A stretch of DNA of 64,000 nt from Eledone cirrhosa (GCA_964016885.1 OZ024743.1:187364001-187428000), one strand, 5' to 3'; shown: positions 27,030 to 40,430, numbered from the stretch's first letter. Notes: generated by a model not told the origin, from the sequence alone. Translations and numbers: made by a program.

Positions 27030-27534
27030 TATATGAATTATAAGAATCAAAGAACTGTTCAAAACATTTTTATGCTTACAACTGTTTCCTCCAAACCGAG
27101 GTTTGGATTCTTCGGAGCAATTTATTAATGAATGAACACTTATATGACCTCCTTTTCACACAAGAGACATACAGATACATATGCAAATATTGTGGGTCAA
27201 CATTCATTACAGCATTTAGAGTGGCAGTACACACTTAGAGATTACATTCATATTAAAAGATACAATCAAAAATACAGGTTAAAATACAACATGAAAATAA
27301 GCGGTTATATAGTGCAAAGGTTATATGTGTGGCAAGCACGTGCGTCTTGTTTATATAGTGTGGCAGAGAGTTACGTGTAGTAGAAGCACTTAAGTAGGTA
27401 AACAAGAGTGTTAGGTTGGTTGATCTGGTGACAAATTCTTGAAGAATCTTGAAGAATCCAAACCTCGGTTTGGAGGAAACAGTTGTAAGCATAAAAATGT
27501 TTTGAACAGTTCTTTGATTCTTATAATTCATATA
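27030..27534. mobile_element. Fold-back element with 84-bp identical inverted ends containing an HHR-like motif
   Basis: 27030-27113 is the exact reverse complement of 27451-27534; each arm has GAAGA-atccaaacc-tc-ggtttggag-GAAA-cag-TT. Confidence 0.75.
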
Positions 27535-27972
27535 ACTGCTCTGTAAATCATCTGATGTTTTTACATTGAGCTACTTAACTTACTGGTAATAAGGTAGTAA
27601 TATATTACTGCCTACCACTATTTAGGGTTTGTATAAAAATATATATAACTGCAAAAGGTTTTTGTATTTACATAACCATAAATAGTATAATTAATACTAT
27701 ATATATATATATCAGTTCTATACATGATGATGCCTCTGGGATCACTGACCTAAGATGACCCAAATCCCATTGAGCAAACGCAACTATATATATATATATA
27801 TATATATATAGATATATAGATATATATATAGATATATATGCAGAGGTTATATTTAATTTGTTGGGATTCAACAAGCTTAACACATTTTATAACTGATATA
27901 AAGCACTCAACTGGTTAGTGGATTAAATTCACAATATATTAATAAATGGAAACTATATTTATAAAACCATAT

Positions 27973-28039
27973 TTATTTAATTATATATATTTCAAGGGCA
28001 ACCAAGGAAAATTATGGTGCGCTTTCATCAGATAAAATA
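27973..28039 (-). ncRNA. Minimal type I hammerhead motif (inverted arm copy)
   Basis: TATTTTAT-CTGATGA-aagcgcacc...ggttgccctt-GAAA-TATATA-TA-ATTAAATA on minus strand. Confidence 0.7.
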
Positions 28040-28973
28040 CAGATTTGTTTTATAAATAAATATTGACTTACCCGGAAAAAAAGACAACCTTAACAGTTGG
28101 AGCTTTCTGGATAGTGGAGATAATATTTTATTGAGGATAATACAAAGTTATGAGTGAGTATTCAAATGAGTGTCCGAAAAGTTGAAAAGATAACGGTTTA
28201 TTTAAATTAAACTGTTGGAAGAAGAGGATATGTAAGGGAGAGAGAAAAGAAAAAGAAAAGGAAGGAGAAAGAGAGAAGAGGAATGAAAGAACGATTATAC
28301 ATAGTGATAGTGAAGATGGTCAAGAGTGAACGAAAAAATAAATATTAATGGAAGAATATAGAGCGTAAATATATCTAAGTGAAAGTAGAAGTGAAAGAAG
28401 AAATAAGATTAACGTGGAAGAATAATATTTAGAATGTATGGTTCATTACGTTGTGATTATGATATTTATAATAAGTTGAAAAAATTAAAATTAAAAATTA
28501 AAAATTAAAAATTAAAAATCAAAATTAAAGATGAAAATTTACCTTAATTTTAAAAATTTAATTTAATATTAATATTAAAAATTAAAAATTAAAATTAAAA
28601 CAGAAGTATTTATATGATATGAGGATGTATTAGTAATAATATATTCGTCTAGATGTGTATGTTATGGATTATAAATTATTTAAATAAATATATATATAGT
28701 ATTTTACATTAGAGAAAATCTAATATATTTATTTGATTAAAGTAAGTTTGGCAAAATTATATTTATTAATAGTTGTAAGTCAAAACTTAAACATCCAAAT
28801 AATTCCAAATTTATGAAAGTTTACGAGAGTTTACAAAGGAATAACTACATAATTATATTATAAAAACAGTAAGGAAGTATAAAGGAAGTTAGAAGTGATT
28901 TATTAAGAACTCAAATAACTCCAAGGATACATAAAAAAAAAAGTTTCAAAAAACCTTCTATCAAAAAAAATCA

Positions 28974-29156
28974 TTTTTATTTTTTTATTTTTTATTTTTT
29001 ATTTTTTATTTTTTATTTTTTATTTTTTATTTTTTATTTTTTTATTTTTTATTTTTTATTTTTTATTTTTTATTTTTTATTTTTTATTTTTTATTTTTTA
29101 TTTTTTATTTTTTATTTTTTATTTTTTATTTTTTATTTTTTATTTTTTATTTTTTA
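28974..29156. repeat. (TTTTTTA)n 7-bp tandem repeat
   Basis: Direct reading; absent from the opposite arm. Confidence 0.92.
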
Positions 29157-29221
29157 TGAGAAGTCATAAATGTTATAGAGTTAAAAAATTTCATCTTTAG
29201 AATATAATTAAGACATAAACC

Positions 29222-29485
29222 AATAACCATAAATGTTCCTTTACGAATATTGGTAAAAAATCTTCAACTGCTTTATCCAATTTATTATGGAACTTAAAAT
29301 CCAAGAATATTAACTATTCTTTATCTTGGGAAATTATCTCCAAAGCTCCTTCATACACAGTTCTATCCAAAAATTGCTCCCTTTGCGTTGAAGAAATATT
29401 CTTTATACTAAAAAGTAAGAACTCTATTAATTTGCGTAATAATTTATTTAGTTCTTGTAAACATCGTTTAAACTCAACTTTTAGA
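29222..29485 (+). pseudogene. C-terminal remnant of Penelope-like (Neptune-type) GIY-YIG endonuclease
   Basis: Manual translation: NNHKCSFTNIGKKSSTALSNLLWNLKSKNINYSLSWEIISKAPSYTVLSKNCSLCVEEIFFILKSKNSINLRNNLFSSCKHR, matching the H.SF...TALS..W.LK...W.I...CxLCxxE...N.R...CxH pattern. Confidence 0.8.
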
Positions 29486-30452
29486 TATATATATATAAAA
29501 TGTAATATATGGTTAATCTGCTTCACATAATGTTTTCTATATCCAACCACGTACAACTTCATCCTTCAGATTATATCTATATATGATTCATATATATTTA
29601 ATTTACTTTCTATTATCTCTACTTCATAAATACACTTTATATTATTACACTTATCAATTGATTATAACCTTTTTATATGACTACTTGAAATTCTTTTAAG
29701 AAAAATTTTCCTTGAAAGACTTTCTGAAGGTTTTAGGAAATTCTTTGAAAGTTCCTTTGAAAGATATGGAAAAACCATTATTTTCATATCTTCCAATATC
29801 TTATATTTTCAAACATTTTTAATATATATCCAAATATTTATATATATATGTGGAATAACATATGCTTTTTATATATATGTGGAATAACCTATGGTTTATG
29901 TGTTAATTAAATATATTCTTAAGATAAATATTTTAACTTTATAACAATTATGACTTCTTATAAAATAACATATGGTTTATGTTTTAATTATATTCTTAAG
30001 ATAAATCTATGAATTCTTATAAAATAACATATGGTTTGTTTTAATTATATTCTTAAGATGAAGTTTTTTAACTTTATAACATTTATGACTTCTCATAAAA
30101 AATTTAAAAAATATTTTTTGAAAGAAGGTTTTTTGAAGGTTTTTTTTATGTATCCTTGGAGTTATTTGAGTTCTTAAAAAATCACTTCTAACTTCCTTTA
30201 TACTTCCTTACTGTTTTTATAATATAATTAAGTAGTTATTCCTTTGTAAACTCTCGTAAATTTTCATAAATTTGGAATTATTTGAATGTTTAAGTTTTGA
30301 CTTACAACTATTAATAAATATAATTGTGCCAAACTTACTTTAATCAAATAAACTATACTAGATTTTCTCTAATGTAAAATACTATATATATATATTTATT
30401 TAAATAATTTATAATCCATAACATACACATCTAAACGAATATATTATTACTA

Positions 30453-30632
30453 GTGAATTGGCAGTATCGGTAGAGGGTCGGACGCCATGCTTTGACGCAT
30501 AGAGTTACGGCCCTTGCCATTCTAAGTTCAAATCCCGCCGAGGTTAACTTTGCCTTTCATCCTTACGGGGTCGATAAAATAAAGTACCAGTAATTGCTGG
30601 CCTTGTGCCAATAGTAGAAACAATTATTACTA
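30453..30632 (+). mobile_element. SINE family A inserted into the PLE arm
   Basis: TSD ATTATTACTA at 30443-30452 and 30623-30632; empty site preserved near 28630 on the inverted arm. Confidence 0.92.
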
Positions 30633-31193
30633 ATACATCCTAATATAATATAAATACTTCTGTTTTATTTTTAATATTAAATTAAATTTTTAATATTAAG
30701 TTAAATTTTAATCTTTAATTTTGATTTTTAATTTTTAATTTTAATTTTTCCAACTTATCATTATAATTATTATAATCACAACGTAATGAACCATACATTC
30801 TAAATATTATTCTTCCACGTTAATCTTATTTCTTCTTTCACTTCTTTTTTCACTTAGATATATTTACGCTCTATATTCTTCCATTAATATTTATTTCTTC
30901 GTTCACTCTTGACCATCTTCACTATCACTATGTATAATCGTTCTTTCTTTCCTCTTCTCTCTTTCTCCTTCCTTTTCTTTTTCTTTTCTCTCTCCCTTAC
31001 ATATCCTCTTCTTCCAACCGTTTAATTTAAATAAACCGTTATCTTTTCAACTTTTCGGACACTCAATTGCATACTCACTCATAACTTTGTATTAGCCTCA
31101 ATAAAATATTATCTCCACTATCCAGAAAGCTCCAACCGTTAAGGTTGTCTTTTTTTTCCGGGTATGTCAATATTTATTTATAAAACAAATCTG

Positions 31194-31259
31194 TATTTTA
31201 TCTGATGAAAGCGCACCATCATTTGCCTTGGCTTCTCTTGAAATATATATAATAAAATA
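31194..31259 (+). ncRNA. Minimal type I hammerhead motif (stem II partly decayed)
   Basis: TATTTTAT-CTGATGA-aag...ctt-GAAA-TATATA-TA-ATAAAATA. Confidence 0.65.
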
Positions 31260-31276
31260 AATATGGTTTTATAAAT

Positions 31277-31810
<534 letters not shown>

Positions 31811-32154
31811 TAGCACAACAGGTACATGAACATGGTGGTAAATACACTTATCATACTTATCTATTGAATTAAATAATCTACAAAATCAAGCATGTCGATG
31901 CAATATTCTATGCTTCTCACATCACAAAAGTAGTTTTACATTTTTAATATAATTGATTTGGTAGATAGCAACTTCCTAAAATAGAATAGTGTCAATAATA
32001 TTTTATTAAAAATCAGTACCGGTTTGCATATCCTTGGATGTATTATGCTGGACTATTTTATTCATATTTATGCTTATCACGTAAGTTCAGGAGCTGTTCG
32101 TATTAAAATTCAAATCACCATTTCTAAAATGAATACAAATTCCAAAACGGAGGG

Positions 32155-32432
32155 GATTGTGGTTAGGATGTCTCAGGAAAGAATCGCTGGACAGGCTTTA
32201 TGGGCAAAACCAATTGACAGGAGACCCAGGAGTAGACCCCAAGGAAGATAGTTGGATAACATCCACGGGCTTGGCTGGTCTCACTTGGGGATCCAGCCGG
32301 ATCAATTGGAGATGGTTGCTTCTGACAGGACCCGCTGGAAGGAGTGTTTGAGGACCCTCTCAGAAATAAATGGACGAAGAAGAAGAAGAAGAAGAAGAAG
32401 AAGAAGAAGAAGAAGAAGAAGAAGAAGAAGAA
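32155..32432 (+). mobile_element. RTE (Expander/Rex3-like) 3' end with (GAA)n tail
   Basis: VVRMSQERIAGQALWAKPIDRRPRSRP; (GAA)n 32376-32432. Confidence 0.78.
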
Positions 32433-32907
32433 GGCACAAAGCCATAAATCTCGAAGTAGGGGAAAGGAAAAGAAAGTTGAAAGGCAAAGTTAACATTGGC
32501 ATTGAATTCAGAACATAAGGAACTGGATCAAATACAACAAGGTTTTTTTCCCATCACTTTAACAATTATGCCAATCCTCCACACTTTTATATTAAATAAT
32601 AACAAGGAAAGTTCTAGACAATGTTTTTGTTATCAAATATATGTCAAAATAACTTTTGTGTAAAAATATTATAGATTGGTACACAGGTTGTATAGAAATC
32701 GTTGATATAAAATGACAAAAGTTATTGGCTGAATGCATAACATATTTGCTGGCATTGACAAAAAAGTAAGACATTAGATATAAAATATATGTAGTCACAT
32801 GCACATCAATGTATTGCTTTTGTTACAGGCATTAAACATATTTTGCATTCAACCAAAATCTCTTCTTATACCTACAAACATATATACATACACATGCACA
32901 CATCTGC

Positions 32908-32940
<33 letters not shown>

Positions 32941-33036
32941 CACACATATATATATATGTGTATATGTACATGTATGTATAGTATAATATATATGTAGATA
33001 CATACATGTGTTTGTGTGTGTATATATATATTTAAC

Positions 33037-33070
<34 letters not shown>

Positions 33071-33471
33071 CCATGTATATAATTAAAGGTTTTGCTAATA
33101 GCTGTATACATATAAGTATGTGTATTTTCTATATCTAATGATATACAGTATGTTTACAAATAAACATTTGAAAGTCTTTCGCTATGAATTTTGGAAGTCG
33201 ATGGCCAGTGCCATCTAACAAATTAGAGGTCACAGAATGTGTGACGAAAGAACTTTGACAATATATGAACAATCGTCTGGTTGTGGAACCAACCAACCAA
33301 CCGGAAATTTATAAATTCCTAAATTTATAAATTTAATTTATAATAAGTTGAAGTGAAAGCAACTGGTGCGTGTGTTTCTTATTGACAACATGGCCCTCCC
33401 AAAGCATAACAATATCGGTTTCAACACACGTTTTCAGCTAAAGAATCTTGCTAAACAAATTCAGAAACGAA

Positions 33472-33580
33472 ATATATATATATATATATATACATAAATA
33501 TACATATATATATTATATGTATGTATATAAAAAATATGTACATGTATATATACATATGTATATATATGTATATATTTATA

Positions 33581-33678
<98 letters not shown>

Positions 33679-33700
33679 CATATGTATATATATGTATATA
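33472..33700. repeat. Imperfect (TA)n tract
   Basis: Direct reading. Confidence 0.95.
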
Positions 33701-36700
33701 TTTTCCAAAACAAATCTTGTATTTTTGTTAATGCTTGTTAAATTATGCCCAAATACGAGGATCTTATTTAAACCTTACCTTCTCGCTAACAGCTCAACAT
33801 CCCTCCCCCACGCACCACCATTATTATTACGTGGACCAATCATAAGTCAGAGGCCCATACCATCGCTTACCTGGTTGCCTTTCGATATGATGGATGGACT
33901 ACGGAATTCTGGAGAGTTGAAGAGAGAGAAATCTGGACGCTTAGCGACAATGCCAAAGATAAAGACAAATTCACCTCGTGGACGAGAATGCGAGCACTCC
34001 TCTTTGTTTCGGCCGCGGATGGCTAACATAACCCCATCTCCCCCCGCGCCCCACCGCTCCCACCCTCCAAACGCAATCCAAAACTTCAGAGTTGGTACCA
34101 TGAATGTAGGCACCTTAAAGGGTCGCTCTAACGAGGTTGTAGAAATGCTTGAACGTAAGGAGGTCGATGTTTGTTGTATTCAAGAGACCAGGTGGAGGGG
34201 TGGGTCTGCTAGATTCATCGTGGGTAAAAAACGATGCTATAAGCTTTTCTGGGTGGGAAATGACAATGGGCTGGGTGGAGTAGGAATCATGGTAGCAGAA
34301 AAGTGGGCAGATAAGATAATAGACGTAAATAGAGTGAACGACAGAATAATTAAGATAAGACTTGTCTTCAATAGAACTACGGTGACAGTAATATCTGCGT
34401 ACACACCCCAATCCGGACTGCCCGGCACTATAAAAGACAGATTCTATGAGACACTGATGCTCACTACCTCCCAAATAACCGACAGTGACTATATAATTAT
34501 TGCAGGCGGCCTAAATGGTCACGTTGGACAACATTGTGACGGCTACGACGGAATCCATGGAGGCTATGGGTTTGGTACTAGGAATGAGGAAGGCTCCAGA
34601 ATCCTGGAATTCTGTGACACAAATAACCTAACTATCTGTAACACTAACTTCAAAAAACAAGACAATCACCTGATCACCTATAGATCGGGGGAACACACAA
34701 GCCAGGTAGGTTATATCCTTACCAGAAGACGTGACAGAGTGTCTGTTGTAAACATTAAATCCCTCCCCCATGAAGAATGCACCTCCCAACATAGACTGAT
34801 AATTAGCAACCTAATAGTCAGGATGAGACGTACTAGACAACAGAAGAGGACTATCCTCAGGAGAAAAATATGGAAGCTAAAGGACCCCACAGTCAGAAAT
34901 AAATTTAAAAGCATACTACTTGATGCTTTCGACAGTAAGGAAGAGAAATTAGAGTCGTACAATATAGAGGAACAGTGGGAATTCCTGAAAGCAAACCTGC
35001 TGATGGTGGCAGACGAAGTCTGTGGCTGGAGCAGGCCTGTAGGCAGGAGGAGAGTAACATGGTGGTGGAACAGTAAGGTGGAGGGGTCAATTAAGGCCAA
35101 AAAGCAGGCTTGGAAAGTATGGCGGGATGGGGGAAGTAGAGAAGACTATCAAGTGGCCAGGAGGGAAGCTAGGAGACAAGTCTACTTCGCAAGAAGGGAA
35201 GCAGAGGAAAGAAAGTTCAAGCATGTTCTACAACGCGAGGACCAAAAACGTGAGGTGTTCAGGATTGCTAGGTAATGTGTCAAGGAAAACCGTGATATTG
35301 TCGGGGAGAAGTGTGTACTTAATGATGATGGCATACTTGCCATCACCGATGCTGATAAGAAGGTAGCTTGGAAGTGTCACTCCGAAAGGCTACTAAATGA
35401 GGAGAATAAATGGGAGAAAGACAGTCTCCCCCACATCGACCCAATAGAGGGACCAGCAGTGTTAGTCAAGGGTAGTATAATAAGTAAGGCAATCAAAGAT
35501 ATGAAGACGGGTGAGGCGGCTGGGCCTTCGGAAATAGTTGCTGAGATGCTGAAGGCATCTGGAACGGTGGGACACACCATAGTCACCCGGATAGTAAACC
35601 AAGTCATACAGAATGGGGTTGTTCCGAAGGACTGGTGTAGCAGCATCATCATTAACTGTTATAAGGGTAAAGGAGATGCCCTAGATAGGAGTAACTATAG
35701 AGGCATTAAATTAATCGACCAGGTCATGAAGGTCACGGAAAAAGTAATAGCGCAACTAATCAGAGAGAGAATTGACCTAGATGAAATGCAGTTCGGGTTT
35801 GTGTCAGGCAAAAGTACCACAGACACTCTTTTCATTGTACGACAACTACAGGAGAAGTACCTAGCTAAAAGTAAACCCCTATACTTAGCTTTTGTCGACT
35901 TGGAGAAAGCCTTCAACAGAGTCCCCCGTTCCATTATCTGGTGGGCTCTTAGAAAACTAGGTGTTGACGAATGGCTTGTGAGAGCTATACAAGCCATGTA
36001 TAAAGAAACAGTCAGCAAGGTTAGAATTAACAACGAAAATAGTGAAGAGTTTAGCGTAAAAGTTGGTGTCCATCAGGGCTCTGTTCTTAGCCCCCTACTA
36101 TTTATTATTGCCCTTCAGGCTATAACAGAGGAGTTCAAGACCGGCTGCCCATGGGAACTCCTATACGCAGATGATCTAATGCTCATAGCTGAATCAATGG
36201 CCGAGCTAGAGAAGAAATTCCAAACATGGAAGCACGGCCTAGAATCAAAAGGCCTTAAAATTAACCTGGCTAAGACTAAAGTTCTAGTTTGTAAGAAAGA
36301 AAATAAGGCGGCGGTCCCTTCCGGGAAGTGGCCATGCTCAGTGTGTAGGAAAGGCGTAGGCAGAAACTCCATTTTATGTCCCAAATGCAAAGTATGGGTG
36401 CATAAAAGATGTAGTGGGATCACAGGTAAGCTAACTAAAAACATAGATTTTACATGTGGCCGGTGCTCTGGTGCAATAAGTAGCAGCAAGTGCCCACAAA
36501 TACTAGCTCTTTCAATTGCGCAGAGGGTTCTATAGAAATAGTGGACAGCTTCCGTTACCTGGGTGACAAAATCAGCAGTGGAGGAGGGTGCTCTGAAAGT
36601 ACAGTAGCTAGAGTCAGAACTGGATGGAAAAAGTTCAGAGAGCTTATACCACTATTAGCCGCTAAAGGGTTCTCCCTAAAAATGAAAGGCAGGTTGTATG

Positions 36701-37512
36701 ATGCCTGCATACGAACAGCAATGTTTGCATGGCAGTGAGACCTGGGCATTGTGTGCAGAGGATATATGCAGACTAGAGAGGAACGAAGCTTGCATGCTCC
36801 GCTGGATGTGTAATAGTAATATACGTGAACGGCAAAGCATAAACGAACTAAGGAAAAAATTAGAAATAAGAGGGATCAGATGTTGTTTACTCGAGAGAAG
36901 GCTATGTTGGTATGGTCACGTGATGCACATGAAAGACGACAGCTGTATAACAAAGTGCAGGGCAATAAAGATAGACGGTAGCCACGGAGTAGGCAGACCC
37001 AGAAAAACCTGGGACGAGCTGATAAATTCCGACCTCACACACTTTCACCTCTCCAAGACAATGTCACTGGACTGAGACCTTTGGCGGTACTCAGTAATAG
37101 AGAAGACCCGCCTTATCTAAGTGCAAAGTAAAACCTACTACAGTCAGTAGGCATCTCTAACAAAATACATCCCGTCCCACCACCCCACACCATCCACACC
37201 GCCCCTTTCAATATAAAGTTATGTTGGTGCCACAACATCCAGGCCGAAACAAATGAGATCGTGTAGATGTCACAACAAAAAAACACACAGTCCACGCTGT
37301 AATGTGGCCGTGTAGGCAACACGGTAAAAACCTCCCAGCCCCACGCTGTAAATATGGTTGGTGTTAGGAAGGGCATCCAGCTGTAGAAAACCCGCCAGAC
37401 AGTCCTATGCGAGCAATGACAACCACTCTTGCCTCAAGTGGGAAAACTCCCGTCGAAACCCATGCAAGCGTGGAACATGGACGTTAAACGATGATGATGA
37501 TGATGATGATGA
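33701..37512 (+). mobile_element. Near full-length RTE-clade LINE
   Basis: 5' UTR, APE endonuclease, RT, C-terminal domain, 3' UTR and (GAT)n tail; TA-rich flanks. Confidence 0.95.
33950..37075 (+). pseudogene. RTE ORF: APE endonuclease + reverse transcriptase + PHD-like finger, disrupted
   Basis: [42 protein letters not shown] (36164-36175), FRYLG; in-frame TAA at 35273-35275 and frameshifts near 36495 and 36725. Confidence 0.93.
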
Positions 37513-38158
37513 TATATGTATAAACTTGATGACAGCAAACAAAAATTTTGTTGACAACATGAATCATTAAAAAATAGAATAGTTACCCAGGGGGGTACTT
37601 TTTTCAAATATAAGCTCACAGTAATCTTAAGAATGTCCACTTCATGCTACTAGACAAGATGAATGGTAGAATACTTGCTCTGTATTAAGGAATAATATAA
37701 TGCATAATTTTATTTTCTTCTGTGAAAATATATCAGTTATTGCTTCAACAAAAGTATAGAGTAAATTATCAAGCATCAGGAAATTTTTCATTTTATAAAC
37801 TCCTTGCTTGACATATCCATAAAAAAATCAAGCAAATCTCCCTCCCCACTCTCCCCCTCTCTCTCTTTCTTTCCACACACACAAACACACACATATAAAT
37901 ATATATATGCAACGATTCTCTGTTAATATGATGAGAAATGTATGTAGTTACACCTAAATGTTAAGCATACATGCAAAGAATATATAAATTTGTAATCTGT
38001 TATGTATATGTATATATGTATGCATGTATGTATATATATATATATATATGCACACCTATATATATATGTAGATGCACACACACACACACACACATATTTC
38101 ATCATCATCATCTTCGTTTAACGTCCATTTTCCACGCTAGCATGGGTTAGTAAATATA

Positions 38159-38192
<34 letters not shown>

Positions 38193-39123
38193 CATATATG
38201 TGTGTGTGTGTATTAATTCACAAGAAATTTCTTAGAAATAGTCATGAAGAAATTTTCACTTTATACATATATATATATATATATATATAAAGAGAACATT
38301 TCTTCATGAATATATAACATATATATATTCTAATGTCTTATGCTTTTATTATTTTCATTAAAGGAAATCTGGTGGATGGAAACTTTTTTCAGTCCTTTGA
38401 TAGAAGATGATCAGTATTGAAATTGTTATGAATTCTAGTTGAAAATGAATATGAACATGAAAAAATATATAATTTTCATGATGCATATATCTACATTAAA
38501 ATATCATATGACAGAAAACCATAAAAGATGATGAAAAAGAAAAATCATTGTCACAGTTGATTCAGCATGATATTTTCCTTCTAAAGCAATTTCTACTGTT
38601 TCTATTTCTGAACTACTTTCTTGATTCATCTTAGTTTATACTTTGACTATATAGCATGGTTTTAGTTTTTATTGAAACATTTTTGTGAAGCCTTTTCCTT
38701 TTTTTAACGTGAAAACTAAATGTTTTAAAATGAACATTCATGTATTCTTGATGTGCTAATTATATTCTCTTCTTTACTACATATGTTATATAATTTTGCA
38801 TTATATATATATATAATCATAGAGGACGTATTGCCATATATATGTTTTAAACATATACCAACAAGAAAAGCACTGTGTTTTATGTGTTTGCTTTATCTCT
38901 TATAGATAACAGTCATATTTCCCTCATATTATACCACAATGTCTTTTTAAAAAAGAGAGAAATGAAGGTCTTATTAGATGATGTAGTCTTAGATATACTC
39001 CAACTTAAAAAATGCTGATGTCAGTTAAATCAATAGCACCGATCATAGGTCTGTTGAATTAGTGATGATCTGATGCAAAACAACAACAGCAACAACAACA
39101 ACTGCTAGTAGTAGTAGTAGTAG

Positions 39124-39155
<32 letters not shown>

Positions 39156-39169
39156 ACAAGAATGTATGT

Positions 39170-39283
39170 CAAATCCCGCTGAAGTTAACTTTGCCTTTCA
39201 TCCTTATGGGGTCGATAAAATAAAGCATCAGTAATGCACTAGGATAATTGCTGGCCTTTTGCCAAAAGTAGAAACAATTATTA
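39170..39283 (+). mobile_element. 5'-truncated SINE family A
   Basis: Core and tail match. Confidence 0.8.
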
Positions 39284-40125
39284 TAATTCACTGTATTTCT
39301 AGTACACATATCACATCATTATCCTTGAAACCATTTTGTGATTTCTTTCTATAATATCAAAATACACGATTTTGATATTATTTACTTTGAGAACAATACC
39401 ATAACATAAGTATGAGCAGCTGTTTATGGCCGGTTTAAACAGAATGAGGTGAGGGAAATCTGGTCGGATATGGCTGGTTTAAATGCTAAAGGGTTAACAT
39501 GATTTGAATAAGAACATATTGTTAATTTGCATAACAAATACTATTTTAATATTGAAATAATTAATAATTTCAGTAATTCTCTTCAAATTCTTCATTCTTC
39601 TAGAAAAGGGCAAGTTGGTCATAGCTGGAGTGCCTACATAATTCATCTTGATTTGAACAACAACAACATATTTTAAAGGTCTTAAATCCTATCTAAAATC
39701 ATAACATTTGATATTGTTGATGAATAAAATAACAATCTTGGGTGGTGGATTGGAAGAAATGTTAGTATCAGATTGGATGCTGTGTAATATCTAGTTCTGG
39801 ATGTGTGAATTCTAGGTTCAAATCCAAACTCCTGTCAAGAGAGAAATGGTGGCATGTTTCAACAGAGCCTATTAAAACTGGATCATTAAGACATCTAACA
39901 GACCTCCTATAAGGTTCAACCTTATGTGTGAGTTATAGCAACAATAAATTCTCTTCAGGTCAAGGAAAGTATTATAATGTGTTCAAGGAAACAAAGCATT
40001 TCCTTAGAGAAGATATGAACTCAACTCTTCACCTGAGGATTTTACAACTATGAGGCAACACTTATATATATGAATGTATATAGTGTATTGCAAAATACAT
40101 TATATATACATTCATATATATATAT

Positions 40126-40386
40126 CGCTATTTCAGAGCACCAATTCTAATTTTCAAATTTTGCTGGACTGGCAACCGCTATGTATAATCAGTTCCTGAT
40201 TATTACCGGAATTCTATAAGAATCCAACATTCATAATTTTCAACAAACAAGGATAGTACTAAGCTCTGAGGAATACCAACAGTATGAAACAGAGATCTGT
40301 CAGCTTATCTCCCTTTGTTTGTTGAAAAAAGAAGTAAGTGACATAGTCACTACTTTAAAACAATAGCGCAGAGCACCAATTCTAAT
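40126..40386 (+). mobile_element. Retrozyme-like 235-bp monomer with 18-bp terminal redundancy
   Basis: CAGAGCACCAATTCTAAT at 40134-40151 and 40369-40386; internal HHR; flanked by (TA)n on both sides. Confidence 0.75.
40237..40328 (+). ncRNA. Type I hammerhead ribozyme with extended stem I
   Basis: TAAGCT-CTGAGGA-ATAC-caaca-GTAT-GAAA-CAG-agat-CTG-TC-AGCTTA; distal stem TTTTCAACAAACAA/TTGTTTGTTGAAAA; predicted cut after GUC at 40301. Confidence 0.88.
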
Positions 40387-40430
40387 ATATATATATATAT
40401 GTATGTGTGTGTATGTGTATGTGTATGCAT

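Noticed and set aside
27712-27786. ATGATGA...CAAA hairpin between TA tracts as an HHR
   Set aside because: Both core boxes deviate from consensus; single copy
28974-29156. Telomeric repeat
   Set aside because: Unit is TTTTTTA with no G-tract, and it is internal to a PLE arm
33521-33949. N-terminal extension of the 584-aa ORF
   Set aside because: Read-through of the (TA)n flank and probable 5' UTR; recognisable domain starts near 34090
33780-33950. HDV-like ribozyme in the RTE 5' UTR
   Set aside because: Known for some RTEs, but I could not assign the double pseudoknot by eye; needs a descriptor search
33701-37512. Active LINE or domesticated host gene
   Set aside because: Nonsense codon, two frameshifts and altered endonuclease aspartates
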